Shown here: positions 39,126 to 51,189 of the stretch, piece after piece
Position numbering within the stretch: position 1 is the stretch's first letter
How the letters are laid out: each line of letters begins with the position of its first letter
Origin: Dimorphilus gyrociliatus
Lineage: Eukaryota; Animalia; Annelida
Assembly: GCA_904063045.1 (NCBI GenBank)
Contig: CAJFCJ010000005.1
Coordinates: 2,247,988-2,311,987, forward strand
Reading direction: 5' to 3'
DNA length: 64,000 nucleotides
Notes under the pieces: generated by a model
What the model saw: only the letters and a program-made list of their open reading frames with translations
Told to the model about the DNA's origin: nothing
The model's database searches: none
Program-made: the position numbers and the translations under genes

Positions 39126-40379
39126 ATGAAGTTCAAGGAGTTTGTGACAACTAAATTCTTTAGAAGAAAGAAGAAGAACATTACTAAAACATCTCTCTAT
39201 CATACTCCTCCTAGTCCTAATTTTCACCTAGATCTACCCCCTTCTGAAGCAGCTTCGTCCGTTTTGTTTCGGAATGAATCACCGATTTATTCATCTCCTA
39301 AAATTTCTGCTGTTGGTACCTTTCAAAGGAGGAGTGCTAAAAGGAATACGATAGCCGCTTCTCCTTTCTATTCAACGCCCTACGATTCAATTCCACCTAG
39401 ACCTGTTTCCGAGTTCTATAGCTCTGTTAGGAAACCTGAAAGGCCAAGGAGTCGTATCAAAACCAATCCGTGGATAGTACCTCCCACCGAAGAATATGAA
39501 AATCCTGTTAAAAATATTGTTAAAAACCCTGTTCGTAGGCCTACTTGCGGCATTTTCGCTCCAAAATCTCCGAAGACGTTAAAGACATCGGGCTGTTCGG
39601 CTTTCGATAAGATATCACCCGATTCGGCCGTCGACCTATTCTTTCCGTACGAGAACTTGCCAGCCGACGATGACGCCGATAAAGAAGTTGGCTACTTCTC
39701 TAGGCAAGAAATTGAAAAGTACCCTCACTGCATGACCTACGAACCGGAAGTAAGCTTTGAGTACGAAGACGCGTTTGAAGAAAGCTTAGAAAGCGAAGAA
39801 ATAAGAAAATTGAGAAAGAAATTTCGAGATGAGGTGTTTCTGTCCTACGAAAGCTCTGATCATTTGTTCGAATCTAGTGATGAGGGCGATATGACGCTAA
39901 GTGATTGCGACAGTGAGACTGATAAGACTGATAGTGAAAGTGAAGTTCTTGTTGAAAACGATGATAATTTATCTTGCGAAGTAGAAGAAACCGATATTGA
40001 CGATGACGACGATATCAGTGCAAAGAATCGTAACCGTAATAGCGACGATGATGACGAAGAGGAAGGTGAACAGGAAGGGGAAGAGGAAGAGGATAAAGAT
40101 TGTAAATTATCATCAGCCGATGGCGATTCTTTAGACTCAGCGATTGAAATCGTCGATGACACAAGAATAGATAGGGAAAAGATACTAGCTCAAAAATGCG
40201 TCACCGAATTTCGAAAAAGACAACTGCTGCAAACGCTAGAAGATCTGAAGAAGAAGTTGGAAGATCAAAGTGAAAAATTACAATCGTCTACTTGTAGCGG
40301 CCTAATTAGTTTACGGAATCGGCAACTTACAAGACACTGCATTGCAGTTTGTATCGACGCCCGAGAATGTCCGTTCTAA
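39126..40379 (+). CDS. Unknown 417-aa intronless protein: Pro/Ser-rich N-half with YEN motifs, acidic middle, C-terminal coiled coil
   Basis: Long open frame with coding-like composition; first ATG at 39126, after an in-frame upstream TAA and acceptor 39078. No family recognised. Confidence 0.78.
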   Translation: MKFKEFVTTKFFRRKKKNITKTSLYHTPPSPNFHLDLPPSEAASSVLFRNESPIYSSPKISAVGTFQRRSAKRNTIAASPFYSTPYDSIPPRPVSEFYSSVRKPERPRSRIKTNPWIVPPTEEYENPVKNIVKNPVRRPTCGIFAPKSPKTLKTSGCSAFDKISPDSAVDLFFPYENLPADDDADKEVGYFSRQEIEKYPHCMTYEPEVSFEYEDAFEESLESEEIRKLRKKFRDEVFLSYESSDHLFESSDEGDMTLSDCDSETDKTDSESEVLVENDDNLSCEVEETDIDDDDDISAKNRNRNSDDDDEEEGEQEGEEEEDKDCKLSSADGDSLDSAIEIVDDTRIDREKILAQKCVTEFRKRQLLQTLEDLKKKLEDQSEKLQSSTCSGLISLRNRQLTRHCIAVCIDARECPF

Positions 40380-40981
40380 ACGCTCGATGTTTACTCAACG
40401 ATTTTCGAACGTTTCTTTCTTCTTTTTTTTTCTCTCTCTCTCCCTCTCTCTCTCTCCCACCCTCCCTCTCTGCCATTTTTTCTTCTCTCTATCTTTATGC
40501 CTTTGTTTTTTTCGATCCTTGTCGTTTTTTCCTGCATTATTCCCCAACATTCAAACATGCAGAAAAAGAAAAGAAAATAATGACGATTGTACACATTCAA
40601 TGTAGGCCTGAATGGAACTTATTAATTATGAAGCATGAGGTCATTAAAAGAAATATTAATCTAGTCGTCTCTTGGTCGTCGTCATCGATGCCCACCGTCA
40701 TCGTCGTCGTCGTCATTTTTCGTCGCCCTTATTGACTGTTCTATTCATTTTATTTTATATGTATAACAGTACATTGTTCGTTTCTCTCTGTCTCTCTGTT
40801 TTGGCGTCGAAACGTTTAATTTTACAAGAAATTATAAAAAATATGGAAAATTATTTATTAAAAAAATAAAGACGGAAAATAAGAAAGAATAAAGAGATTA
40901 AACAGCATATCATATGTAATACATTAATTAGCTGATTTCTTTCTAAGTGGCCAATTAGCATTAGATTTCTGTGTATTATTA

Positions 40982-41829
40982 TTATAACTTCGTATCTCTT
41001 ATAACGTCCCCCGATTCAACGACTGCCGGATTATCGTGAGGATTTATTATACGATCGACGCGCCATCTGTAGGAGTACGTCAATCCTACAAGGACGAGAA
41101 TGGAGAAAGCAGCTGCGGCACTTATTAAGCCTACTATCGTGTTTGACCTGTATTTTGATAAAAAGGTAAACTTAAAACAAATTGAAAGAAAGATAGATGA
41201 AAAGGGAGAAAGGAAAGAAGACATAAGAAAAACAGATAGAAGGAAAGAGGAAAGAGGAAAAAGGAAAGATTAGAGAAAATAAATATAAAAAATAGGTTGA
41301 TAGTTAGACCAAAAAAAAAACCAGATAGACAAGGAAGAAGAGAGAGGAAGAAAAATGAGAAACAGAAGGTAGAAATATACATAAAAAAAGGCTATGATAA
41401 GTGAAATAGACAGAAAAGGAAAGACAGAGAGAGAGAGAGAGGGTGGAGGTTATTTGTTTTTTAAAAAAGGCTATAGGCTGAAAAATAGAATATTTTTGAT
41501 TTTTTTTACTTGTAAAGTTGCCAGAGGTCGATAGTTTTCAAAGTTACTTTCCAAATTTCAGTGTTACTTTTCATAATACATTCGTACTTTCCTTGTTTCT
41601 CATCTGAGAAACGAGCGATTAATAAACCAGTCTGGTTTACGTAGACACCCTTCCGGGTGAAATCGTTCGTAACGTTAACCCAATCTCTATCTGGTAGAAT
41701 CCATTTCCTGCCCTCCTCATCGCATTTCAGGAAGATTTCAGCTCCGTAAGTTTCCTGAATTTCGTACGACTGACAAAAGACGAATAAGGGTGGGATGATT
41801 AGTAGAGAAATCGTTAAAATTTTACGCAT
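40982..41829 (-). CDS. Small type I membrane protein: signal peptide, one Ig-like domain, TM helix, short tail ending DTKL; 2 coding exons
   Basis: Ig pattern LKC...W...GKYEC; donor TACAA|GTAAAA and acceptor ATACAG|GTC are phase-compatible; TM IVGLISAAAAFSILVLVGLTY. Confidence 0.85.
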
Positions 41830-43422
41830 GTTTGCTTTCTTCCGGTCCGGATCGATTTTAAAAAGTGTCTGTTGTGTATGCGTAAAATGGTAAAAAAAGG
41901 CGGATTTTTGTAGGCCATTGAATTAATCTGGTGATAGTTTTGGCAGTTTATTATCTCAGCAATATTTCCCTATCTGTAGTACTTAAAAAGAGGGGGAAAA
42001 CTAACCGAATAGGACTATAGAACTTTTTAAAAAGAATAATAGAACGTTTTGAAAAAAAATTATAGAACGTTTTCAAAAAGCTTTCTAGATCACTACGTAG
42101 CTTTATGTTAATCTATTCTTCTAAATGTACGAATAAAGTGGAGGGAAGAAGAGAAATAGAATGGAAATATAAGGAAAATCGTTCAATAAAAGTATAAAAA
42201 GAACAGAAAATAGGGAATAAAGGAGAAAGGCGAGAAAGAGAGAAAAACGAAAGAACGATAGATAAAATAGAATGATAGAACAACCAATATATCTTATATA
42301 TGTTAGTTTGTAAGAAATAATTACGTATATTTCCTAACGATTTCGTAATGCAAGTGGTATACATTATTAACGGAGATAGAATTGAAATGGCCGGAAGTGT
42401 TCCAGCCGCCGGCAAACACAAGGAAAAATTGGCGTTTGAAAAGAGAACTTTTTCTTCTCTTTATATCCTTATATAGTCCCCTTTCCATGATATAGGCCTA
42501 CAGTCATAATGAAATAAAAGAGGACACCATGTAGAAAAAAAGAAAGAAAAAAAGAGAGGCCGGAGATTGGACTAGGGAAAAGAAGAGAGGGAAAAAATTA
42601 GAGGATGAGAAAGGAAAAAGAAGAGAGGAAGAGAGAGAGAGAGAGAGAGAGGCGATAAAGAGAAGAGACATAGGAATGTGTAAATTGTTGGCAAAAGCGT
42701 TAATTACACATTTAAAGGAAGGAAGGTTTTTTTGTTGTTTTTCCCTTTTTCTTTATCATGTTTATCAGATAATATAAAGGAAAAATTAATAATTTATACA
42801 ATTTTCATAATCCTAATATATATATATATATATAAATTTTATATATATATATATAGGCATATATTTCGAGTTTATTATTATTAATTTTTGCTAACCTAAT
42901 GAAAATATGAAACAGTAGAAAAGTCTTTAGAATAAGACTGAAATAAACTTCTTACAGTATGAATGGCTAATTGAATTTACTAAATAGAGTTTTACCATAT
43001 GTAAATAATAATAAAAACAATAATAATAATTATATTTTTAGAGTACAAAAGAGAGCAAGAAATAAGAAAGAGAGAGAAAGAAAGAGAAAAAGGTAGAGAG
43101 ATAAATCGTGAGAAAGATTGTAAAATATACAATGTATACATGATTTAAACAGGATATGTGATAGACAGAAGAATGAAAAAGTAAGGAAGGAAGGGAAAAA
43201 AGGATGAATAAAAAATTAAAAGATAAAAAATTTGACTTTTGGAAGATTTATACAAAGCGAGAAAAAAAGAATAAAAAATTATTAATAATAATAGTAATAA
43301 ACATAATAATTGATATCATAAAGGAAGAAAGCCGAAAAATAAACGGCCTATTTATAAAATTATACCCCTAACACGATAAAAGCGCTAGAGAAGGAAAACA
43401 AATATAAGTTTATATAGAAGTT

Positions 43423-46295
43423 CTAGATGGAAGCGCGTTTATTGCGCAAATAGTTTAGCATCGAGTTCGTTTCGGGATTGCCGATCGCTTCGACGTCGTC
43501 ATCCTGGCAGACTGGTATGGCTCGAACTAAACGAGTTATTTGGGATGGGGATCTTCTAACTGTATAACGTCTTTTCGCTGTTATGCTACGATCTCGGAAA
43601 GCGTAGCAAGAGCAGGAACAGACACTTATTGTATCATCTACATATTCCGGCCGTTCGTGTTGACCGGAAATTATGCTACCGTTTGCTGTTATGACATCGC
43701 CGTCTAATCGGACAGCTGTTCGAGCAGCGGCGGCGGCCTCCAGCTCCTCTCGTCGTTCATCTTCCGTGTTCATAGTTAGAAATCTCAATACTAGTAGATT
43801 CATGGCAGCTCCAACTACTGTCAAGCCGAACAGTATAAATATTAATGAAAATGCTACATATTCAGGTTTAGTTTGCAATACGGAATTCTTTTGTAGAGCC
43901 ACATAATCCCCGAAACCGATTGTAGTTAAAGTTATAAAACAATAATAGAAACTGTTCAAATAGCTCCATTCCTCGTAATACGAATAGGCTACGGCACCCG
44001 TAGTGAGAACGACTAAGCATAGGTTTAGGCCTACGATAATTAAGTTGGTCTGCGAAACTTCCTGATTACGCAATTTCATACAGCGTTTGCAGTGACGCAT
44101 AAGAAAAGTGATGAAGACGTTGAGACGTTCGCCTATGGACTGGAACATGACTAAAGTCAAAGGTATACCCGCCAGGGCGTAGATACAGCAGAATACTTTG
44201 CCGCCGTAAGTCTTCGGTGTACTATGTCCGTAACCTTTATGGAGATTTAATTGGTCATGTTTAAATATAAAGTATATTGCATATACAATATAATAATAAT
44301 AATAATAATGGTAATAATAATAATAACAATAATCATAATAATATATAAATATGGCATATAACGATTCTGTTCTTGATATAAGATTGAAAATAGTATATAA
44401 TTATTGCCCTATTCAATGGACCCATCTAATTGCCGCCCCGATCTCTGTCAATCTGTTCGACCTTTTCCGACGACATTTCTGGAACGTGGCCCTTTCAAGC
44501 ATAGAGGAAAAGGGGTGAGCCAAACGGTGAAGGAAATAAGGAACCTGCGCACACTCTGAAAATAAGGTCCTATGACCCTTTCCATCTTATTTTCAACATT
44601 ACTTTTCTCTAAAAACTAAACAGAGACGAAGGTGGATTAAAAAAAAAAAAGAATAAAAGAGAGAAAATTGGGATGGGATGCGAAGAATAGAAATTAGTAA
44701 GGGCTGGTAAAAGAGAGTCGTCTAAAAAAATCTCTTCCTAATCCTTGCCAAGCTTTTTCTATTTATACCCATAGTCTGCTAAGAATAGTAACAATTAGGC
44801 CTAGATGACTAGGTCGATATTTTCCCCTAGAAAAATCTAGCGTTCTAGATCTTTTTAGCTGCAACAACTGGAATAGAAAAAAAATTTGCAGCGCGTAACA
44901 CGTGTTGTGTACGATGAATGAACGCAATCGATAAGAATGAATAGGATTTTTTGGGCCTATGAGATGTGTGTATATATATTATGCATATATGTTAGATGCA
45001 AAGGAATATGTTGGGTATTTATGTATCTAGACATACTGTATATATATATTCTTAATTTGAAGTAGACATAGAATCTAGGAAATGACATCTTTTTAAGTGC
45101 CTCGTTGATGTAAATATTACTATAAGCATGCTAATATCAAAGAGTAATATATATATATATATACTGTATATATATTTAGAGTTAAGACAAGAGACAAACA
45201 GACTTTCTATGCATATTTAGAGTATTAATTCTATTTTTGAGATAATTTATTCAATCTTTTCTCTCTTCTAACCCGACCTTGGTGAAATTGGGCATCCGAG
45301 TTCGAAGATTTAATTAAGGTTAAATATTCTCTCTCTCCCATACGTTCATCTAACTAATTACATAAAGCCGATGCGTCAGCTGTTCATCTTATATATACAC
45401 ATATGCTGTATATAACAAAAAGAGGGTGAGAACGAGGGTAAAGGTAGACAAAACAGAAAGAGCGGTAAAAATGAGATAGGCAATAAACTTTTGTTTAGAT
45501 AACAATAGGAAAACATATAGTGATAAAACAAGAGTGAAAAGACTAAAGATTAGAAATTTTTTAACTTAAAGTAAATGTAAAAGAGTAGATGCCGAGTGAA
45601 GTAAGTCAGAAACGTAAGATAAGTAACAAGGTAAGGCGTCACTGTCTCTCGCGCGCTGTTTCTCTCTCTCTTTTCTTTCTTTCTATTTATCTATCTATCA
45701 TTCTCTTTCTCTCATTTTTTAAATATTATTGTTATTACTATTGTTCTTATCTTATTTACAATTATATATTTATATTTTTAATTGCTTTACCTATAGTTGT
45801 AATAACAGTAACAGCAAAATAGAAGGCTCCCGTAAACTTCCACTGAATTCCAGCTTTGTGCGGTACTGAATGGATGATATTTGTTGTTAAATTGTGGAAA
45901 TCATCTATAGTAATTTCGTATTTTTCTCTAAGAGCATTCTCTTCGTCTTGTAATTTTTGTTTCTGTTCTTTCTCGTATTCGCTTTCCAGAGCGTCAAATA
46001 CGGCCGCACCGACTAGTAGGTAGGTAAAAGTGCAACTGGAAGAAATGGAAGAGGAAAAAAAGGAATAAAAAAAATAAAAGAAGATGACGACGATGATAAT
46101 AATAATAGTAACAAAAATATCAAAAAAGAAAAAGAACAGAAAAGACTTTCTTTCATCTCTTTTCCTTAATGATTTAAAAAGTTAAAAATAGATTATTAAA
46201 AACTTTATTAATTTAAGCTTTTCTTTTGTTCTTTTTTTTAAATTCTAAGTAAATAAAACCTTTATTTATATATATATATATAGAATAATAGAAAT

Positions 46296-46349
<54 letters not shown>

Positions 46350-46411
46350 TATATAAAGAGAGTATATACTTACACTATTAGGGAAAGAGTGCGAACATTC
46401 TGCTTTTTCAT
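43423..46411 (-). CDS. KCNK9: TASK-type two-pore K+ channel (KCNK3/KCNK9-like), 3 exons (46411-46374, ~46035-45795, 44234-43423)
   Basis: [31 protein letters not shown]; pore 1 TTIGYGH (pH-sensor His kept); pore 2 TTIGFGD; C-terminal KRASI resembling the 14-3-3 mode III motif. Confidence 0.96.
46296..46354. repeat. (TA)n microsatellite in TASK intron 1; other TA runs near 275, 27928, 28742, 32980, 42818, 60157
   Basis: Direct reading. Confidence 0.9.
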
Positions 46412-47365
46412 GACCCGAACAACTCATGGCTAAAGGCTCCTCATTCGACGGTTTGCATGTTCTGCTTGCCGTCCCGCCAAACTAGCGCATGCGCAAAATC
46501 ACATGTTGTGACGTCATATGAAAACTATATTCTAGTCTATGCACGACCCCGCCGCCTGGTAGTAGACGCAAAGTTTAGTAATTCTTTTCTAGTATTCTTA
46601 TTTATTAGCCAATTAATGAATGGTATAGAGTTGTTGCGTTTATCTTCGATAGATTCTAAATAAATGTGAACACAGACTACGGAGGGAATATAAGACGCTT
46701 AAAAAGCATCATAGCATAAGTTGATACATATGTTACATTATTTGTATTGAATAAATCAACTATAAATTTAAATATATATATATATAGGCATATATATAAA
46801 TATATTACTCATTTGCATATTTATATGTAAGTGTGAGGAATAATGAAAGAAAAAATAAAAGAGGGACAGATACAGACTTATTAATTGTTTAGGAAAAGGA
46901 ATTTTCAGTAATCAATCACGAACAACAGTTGTTTTCTCTTTTCTTCTTCTTCTATGCGTTAAAAGCTGTAAACAAACTAGTAAATAAAAAAACCGCACTA
47001 CTGTAATAACCATAAATCCTATTTTGTACACTGAGTACTTATAGAGAAAAATGAAGTAGTCATTATAACAACATGTTTTAAAACAGCGTCTGTGCTGTAA
47101 ACATTTACATATCTGAATATATGAATGGTTGGTTGAATGTTTATATAGATTATGTACGAAAAATTTGTGTATACAGTGTATATACTGCATTAAAAAAGAA
47201 AGTGTATAAATATACTGAAAAGTAGTCTGTTCCTACTGGCTGCAGGGTTCATAAAACCAAATTTATAGACGCTTTATATATATATCTATATAAATACATA
47301 ATATGGACATTTATTACTGTCCCTTAAGTTTATTTGAATAATAATTTCGTAGGAACAAGAAAACT

Positions 47366-48428
47366 TTAACTAAACGCTGCCTTCATCTCCTCAGTATGCT
47401 TATCGACCCATTCTTCGTAGGTGGACATACTTGGGGCAAGTTTTCTCGTCATTGCAACGTCTCGATCGCATTTTCCTGTTTGATAAAACTCGAACATGAC
47501 GGCCAAAACTTCAGCTCCTGGGAATCCCAATTTACTATAATCTTCGGTCGTTATCTGTAATCATTCGTATACGCCTAATCGATTCGTCGTTCTCTATATA
47601 TACGTCAATCTTACTTTGGGCGTAGCTATCTTCACTCCTAACTTCTCCTCCATAAGGGTAGCGTACTCCTTCATTGATTGGCAAACGGATGACAAACCTA
47701 TTGCTTGACCCACAAACTTTTCAGGCGCCTTAAAGATGTTTGTAATGCATTCTCCCGCCTCATTTACAAAAATAACGTCGAGAGGATAATCCCCCATTGG
47801 TATGTTAAAGGAGAACGAACCGTCATCGTCTTTAAGGGGCTTCATAAGCGAATAAAAATTTTCAGCGTAGAAAGAATAGCGAACTATTGTAAATTTTAAG
47901 CCAGACTCTTGAATGTATTGTTCGAGCTTTGCCTTTGAATCGAAATGGGGACATTTCTTACCGATCAGCTCTTCGACATTCTCTAATCCCGAGAATATTA
48001 AATGTTTACAACCTGACTCTTTTACAACGTCTACTACATTCTTGCCCTCATTGTACTCTTTTTCCTCGTCGAAAGCTTCCCAGAATTGAGTGACGAGAAA
48101 GACGCCGTAAGCACCTTTTACAGCTTCTTTCAACGACTCGACATCGCTTTGATCGGCTTTTACAACTTCAATACCTGGATAGATATGTTTTTAAAGAGAA
48201 AAACAAAGGATACAATCTATCTTCCATGCATATTTACATCAACTCACCCTCTTCAATCAATTTCTTGGCCTTTTCACCATCCGGATTTCTGGTAACCGCC
48301 CTTATCTTAAAGCATTTATCCTTCTTCAGAAATTCCACAACGCCGCCTCCCTGAGCGCCAGTAGCTCCGAAGACTGTTATTAATTTCTGAATTTCTTCAG
48401 TTTTGGCTGTTGAATTAGCGCAGCCCAT
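47366..48428 (-). CDS. NMRAL1: NmrA-like (HSCARG) NADP(H)-binding atypical SDR with N-terminal MGCANS extension; 3 exons
   Basis: TVFGATGAQGGGVV, RAVTRNP, PHFDSK and LGFPGAEVLAVMFEFY motifs. Confidence 0.93.
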
Positions 48429-48994
48429 ATTTTCTTCCCCACGTAGACGACGCTGAGCAAGAGACTAATGTTCTTGCTTTTGCAATAATAATAAAAAAGA
48501 GAATACTGATTTCTGAGTAGTATTAAATGTAGATTGAGCGTCGTCAAAGCGAAGACGGCATATTGTAAAACTATAGAAAAGAGGACTGACGCTAAGAGTT
48601 AGGATTGAAAACTTAATAAGGGGGCAGCGGGGGAGAGAAGGTCTGACGAGAGGGGGCAGGAGAGGTCAGTCCAGGCCTCTATAGCAATTTTATCTAAAAG
48701 CTCTTGGTGAGAATTTCGACTTGGTCCGCTCTTCCTTTAATCATATCGAATAATTGTATATAGCACCTTGAACACGTTACAAGGTCATACATCGGCTACA
48801 TTTTTCACTCGGCTAAGCTCCAAGTATTGAATTCCAATGAAAAAACAGATAAATAACGATTAACTAGTCTATATAAACCCGTATGATATTGTATTACTTT
48901 TCGTAGCAAATAATCATAGTATGAAAAAAAAATTTTTTTGCAGTATATTGTTTATATCAAGTTTACATAGGCGTTGATCTTGTTTTCTTTCGAA

Positions 48995-51189
48995 TCACCA
49001 AGGAAAACAAGGATCGGGGCAAGTTTGGAGGTAAGTTTCAAGTGTACCACTTTTAACTTCCATTAATGCAGTATATGAGGTTAACTGTAAGGTTATTTAT
49101 ATTATTATTATTATTAACGTTTTAATAAAGTTTTATACATTAAGAAGATTTTGTAATTATGAATTAATTGTAATCTAATACTTACTTTATTCTTTATTGG
49201 TCTTGATGAAAGTACATCGAATAGAGTCTTCTTTGAAAAACCCTGAATGTATCATTAATGAGAAAAATGTTACTTATATGGAAATTCTTTTTCTGATTTT
49301 GTTTGTTTTTTTAATTGAAACTAACATTAGATCCCTTTTTATTCATGCATTTTATCGCTGGAGTTCTTCTATCATCGTAGAAGGGCGGAGCTTTCCAATG
49401 ATCGTAATTTGTCTGCAATATATACCAACTATTCTTCATTTCCCAAACATTTATAGCCTTGCTTCGAGAGCGCGTTATGACGCAAGCCTGGATAGATATA
49501 TTAAGTTTCTCATATATCGCTTATAATTATATATACTGCATAAAACAGGTTACACTCCAATAAATAGAGGGAATGTATAGAAAAATTTTTTATAAACTAG
49601 CCTGGTTGGACGAATTTCCTCCGAGAATAAAATAAGCTGGAGCTAACATAGTGGTTTCGGATAGCATCGATTTTGCTTTGTCATAACTATCCGCTTTCTC
49701 CATTACGTTTCTAGTCAAGAAACCCATCCATTGAGCCTTACGTTGTCCCAATAACCACTCGATTACACCTATGTAACCCCCGTCTAATAAATCAAACCTT
49801 TCATCCATAGACAACGTAAATATGCCCTTATTCAAGTTAAAAAAGAAAATAAAAAAGCTTTATGATTTACTATGCCATTTGAATATGATTAAGCAAATTT
49901 TCTTATCTCATTTGCATTATTAAATAATAAATTATCTTACCGGTTTTATAGCGGTAAGAATTCCAATGTAACCAGCCATCTGAGCTGATTTGAATACAGT
50001 TTTTCCTCCCTTTTGAAAATCTACAGTGATAACAACGGGTCTAAGTGCTTCAGTTATTTTCCAAGAGTGTTTCTTTACATCCCACCTTTAAAAGAGGAGT
50101 GGAAAAGAAAATTCTCTCTTTCAAGAAAGTACATTTAGTTTTAATGAAGCTTTTTACCCCATAAATAGGCCAAAATCCAAATTCCTTCCATGATAAAAGT
50201 TACCTTTATCATCTTTTGCAATTATTGATGTACAAACGGTAAAAATTTCGTAGAAAATATTATAAGTGACGATTTCGCCTAAAAGTAGTGAAATAAATCG
50301 AAATGATTAGATATAAAACGATGATAATGATAACAAAAAAAGAGAGTAAGAAGAGAAAAATTCCCCAAAGTATATTCCACTTACCCAAACTTATATTCGA
50401 AGATTTCGAAATGCCGATGATCTCATCTCGGTAAGGATTTGGAAGAGTTTCAACAATCTTTCCCTGCGTAGTTTTGAACTCATTCGAAATTCTTTTTCTT
50501 TTTTAATAATATTTATCAATTAATTACCAAGTCACTGTTGACAAAGGAGAATATCTTATCTCCTATATATCCAAATTCATGGAGAAAGGAACGCAACACA
50601 CCCATAATATTGGTAATCTGTTAAGAAAAAAAACTTTTATGTACGTAATTTATTGTCTTTTTTCTTTTCTTTTCCAACATCCGAAGCTTTGTCTTTAGCC
50701 ACATTATGCCATCTATTTTCGGGTGGATCGTCCAAATTAACGATGTAGTTTGGAACTATCGTTCTATAAGTGAAAATTAGTGTAATTGAACTTGAGTTTA
50801 TTGTCTTAGCTTGTATTACTTTTTGTCGGGCGGATACGTTCCTGACAGGCATTCGGTAGTTAGCTGTAGGGTGCATTGTTCAATTAGACATTAATGTAAG
50901 AAGAATGCAAGTCTTTCTTATATATCAATATAAATCCAATAGTCTCTGACGCCTAATTAAATTTAATTATACCATTGCTTTATTACTAAATGTAATACGG
51001 AAATTATTACTGAGTCACATTCACATGACGACTACAAAGTGATCTAATATGTAATTTTTTATTTTTTACAGTGGCAATAATCGCATTTCTCACCGGTGTA
51101 TCTTTTGAATTTGATTCTTGTGCTCCGCAATTGTTTAAATATAAGAAACAAATAAATAATATTAATGTAAACAATCGGCAGAAACTCAT
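48995..51189 (-). CDS. ASAH1: Acid ceramidase (Ntn hydrolase), multi-exon, with signal peptide
   Basis: [25 protein letters not shown] (catalytic Cys), [18 protein letters not shown] and C-terminal CPDPCFPW*. Confidence 0.93.

Noticed and set aside
38501-41382. Hydrophobic Phe/Leu/Ser ORFs (38501, 38748, 38828, 40342, 40349, 40391, 41134; also 45589, 51797)
   Set aside because: They come from CT/GA microsatellites and T-rich UTR or intron sequence; no splice or domain support.
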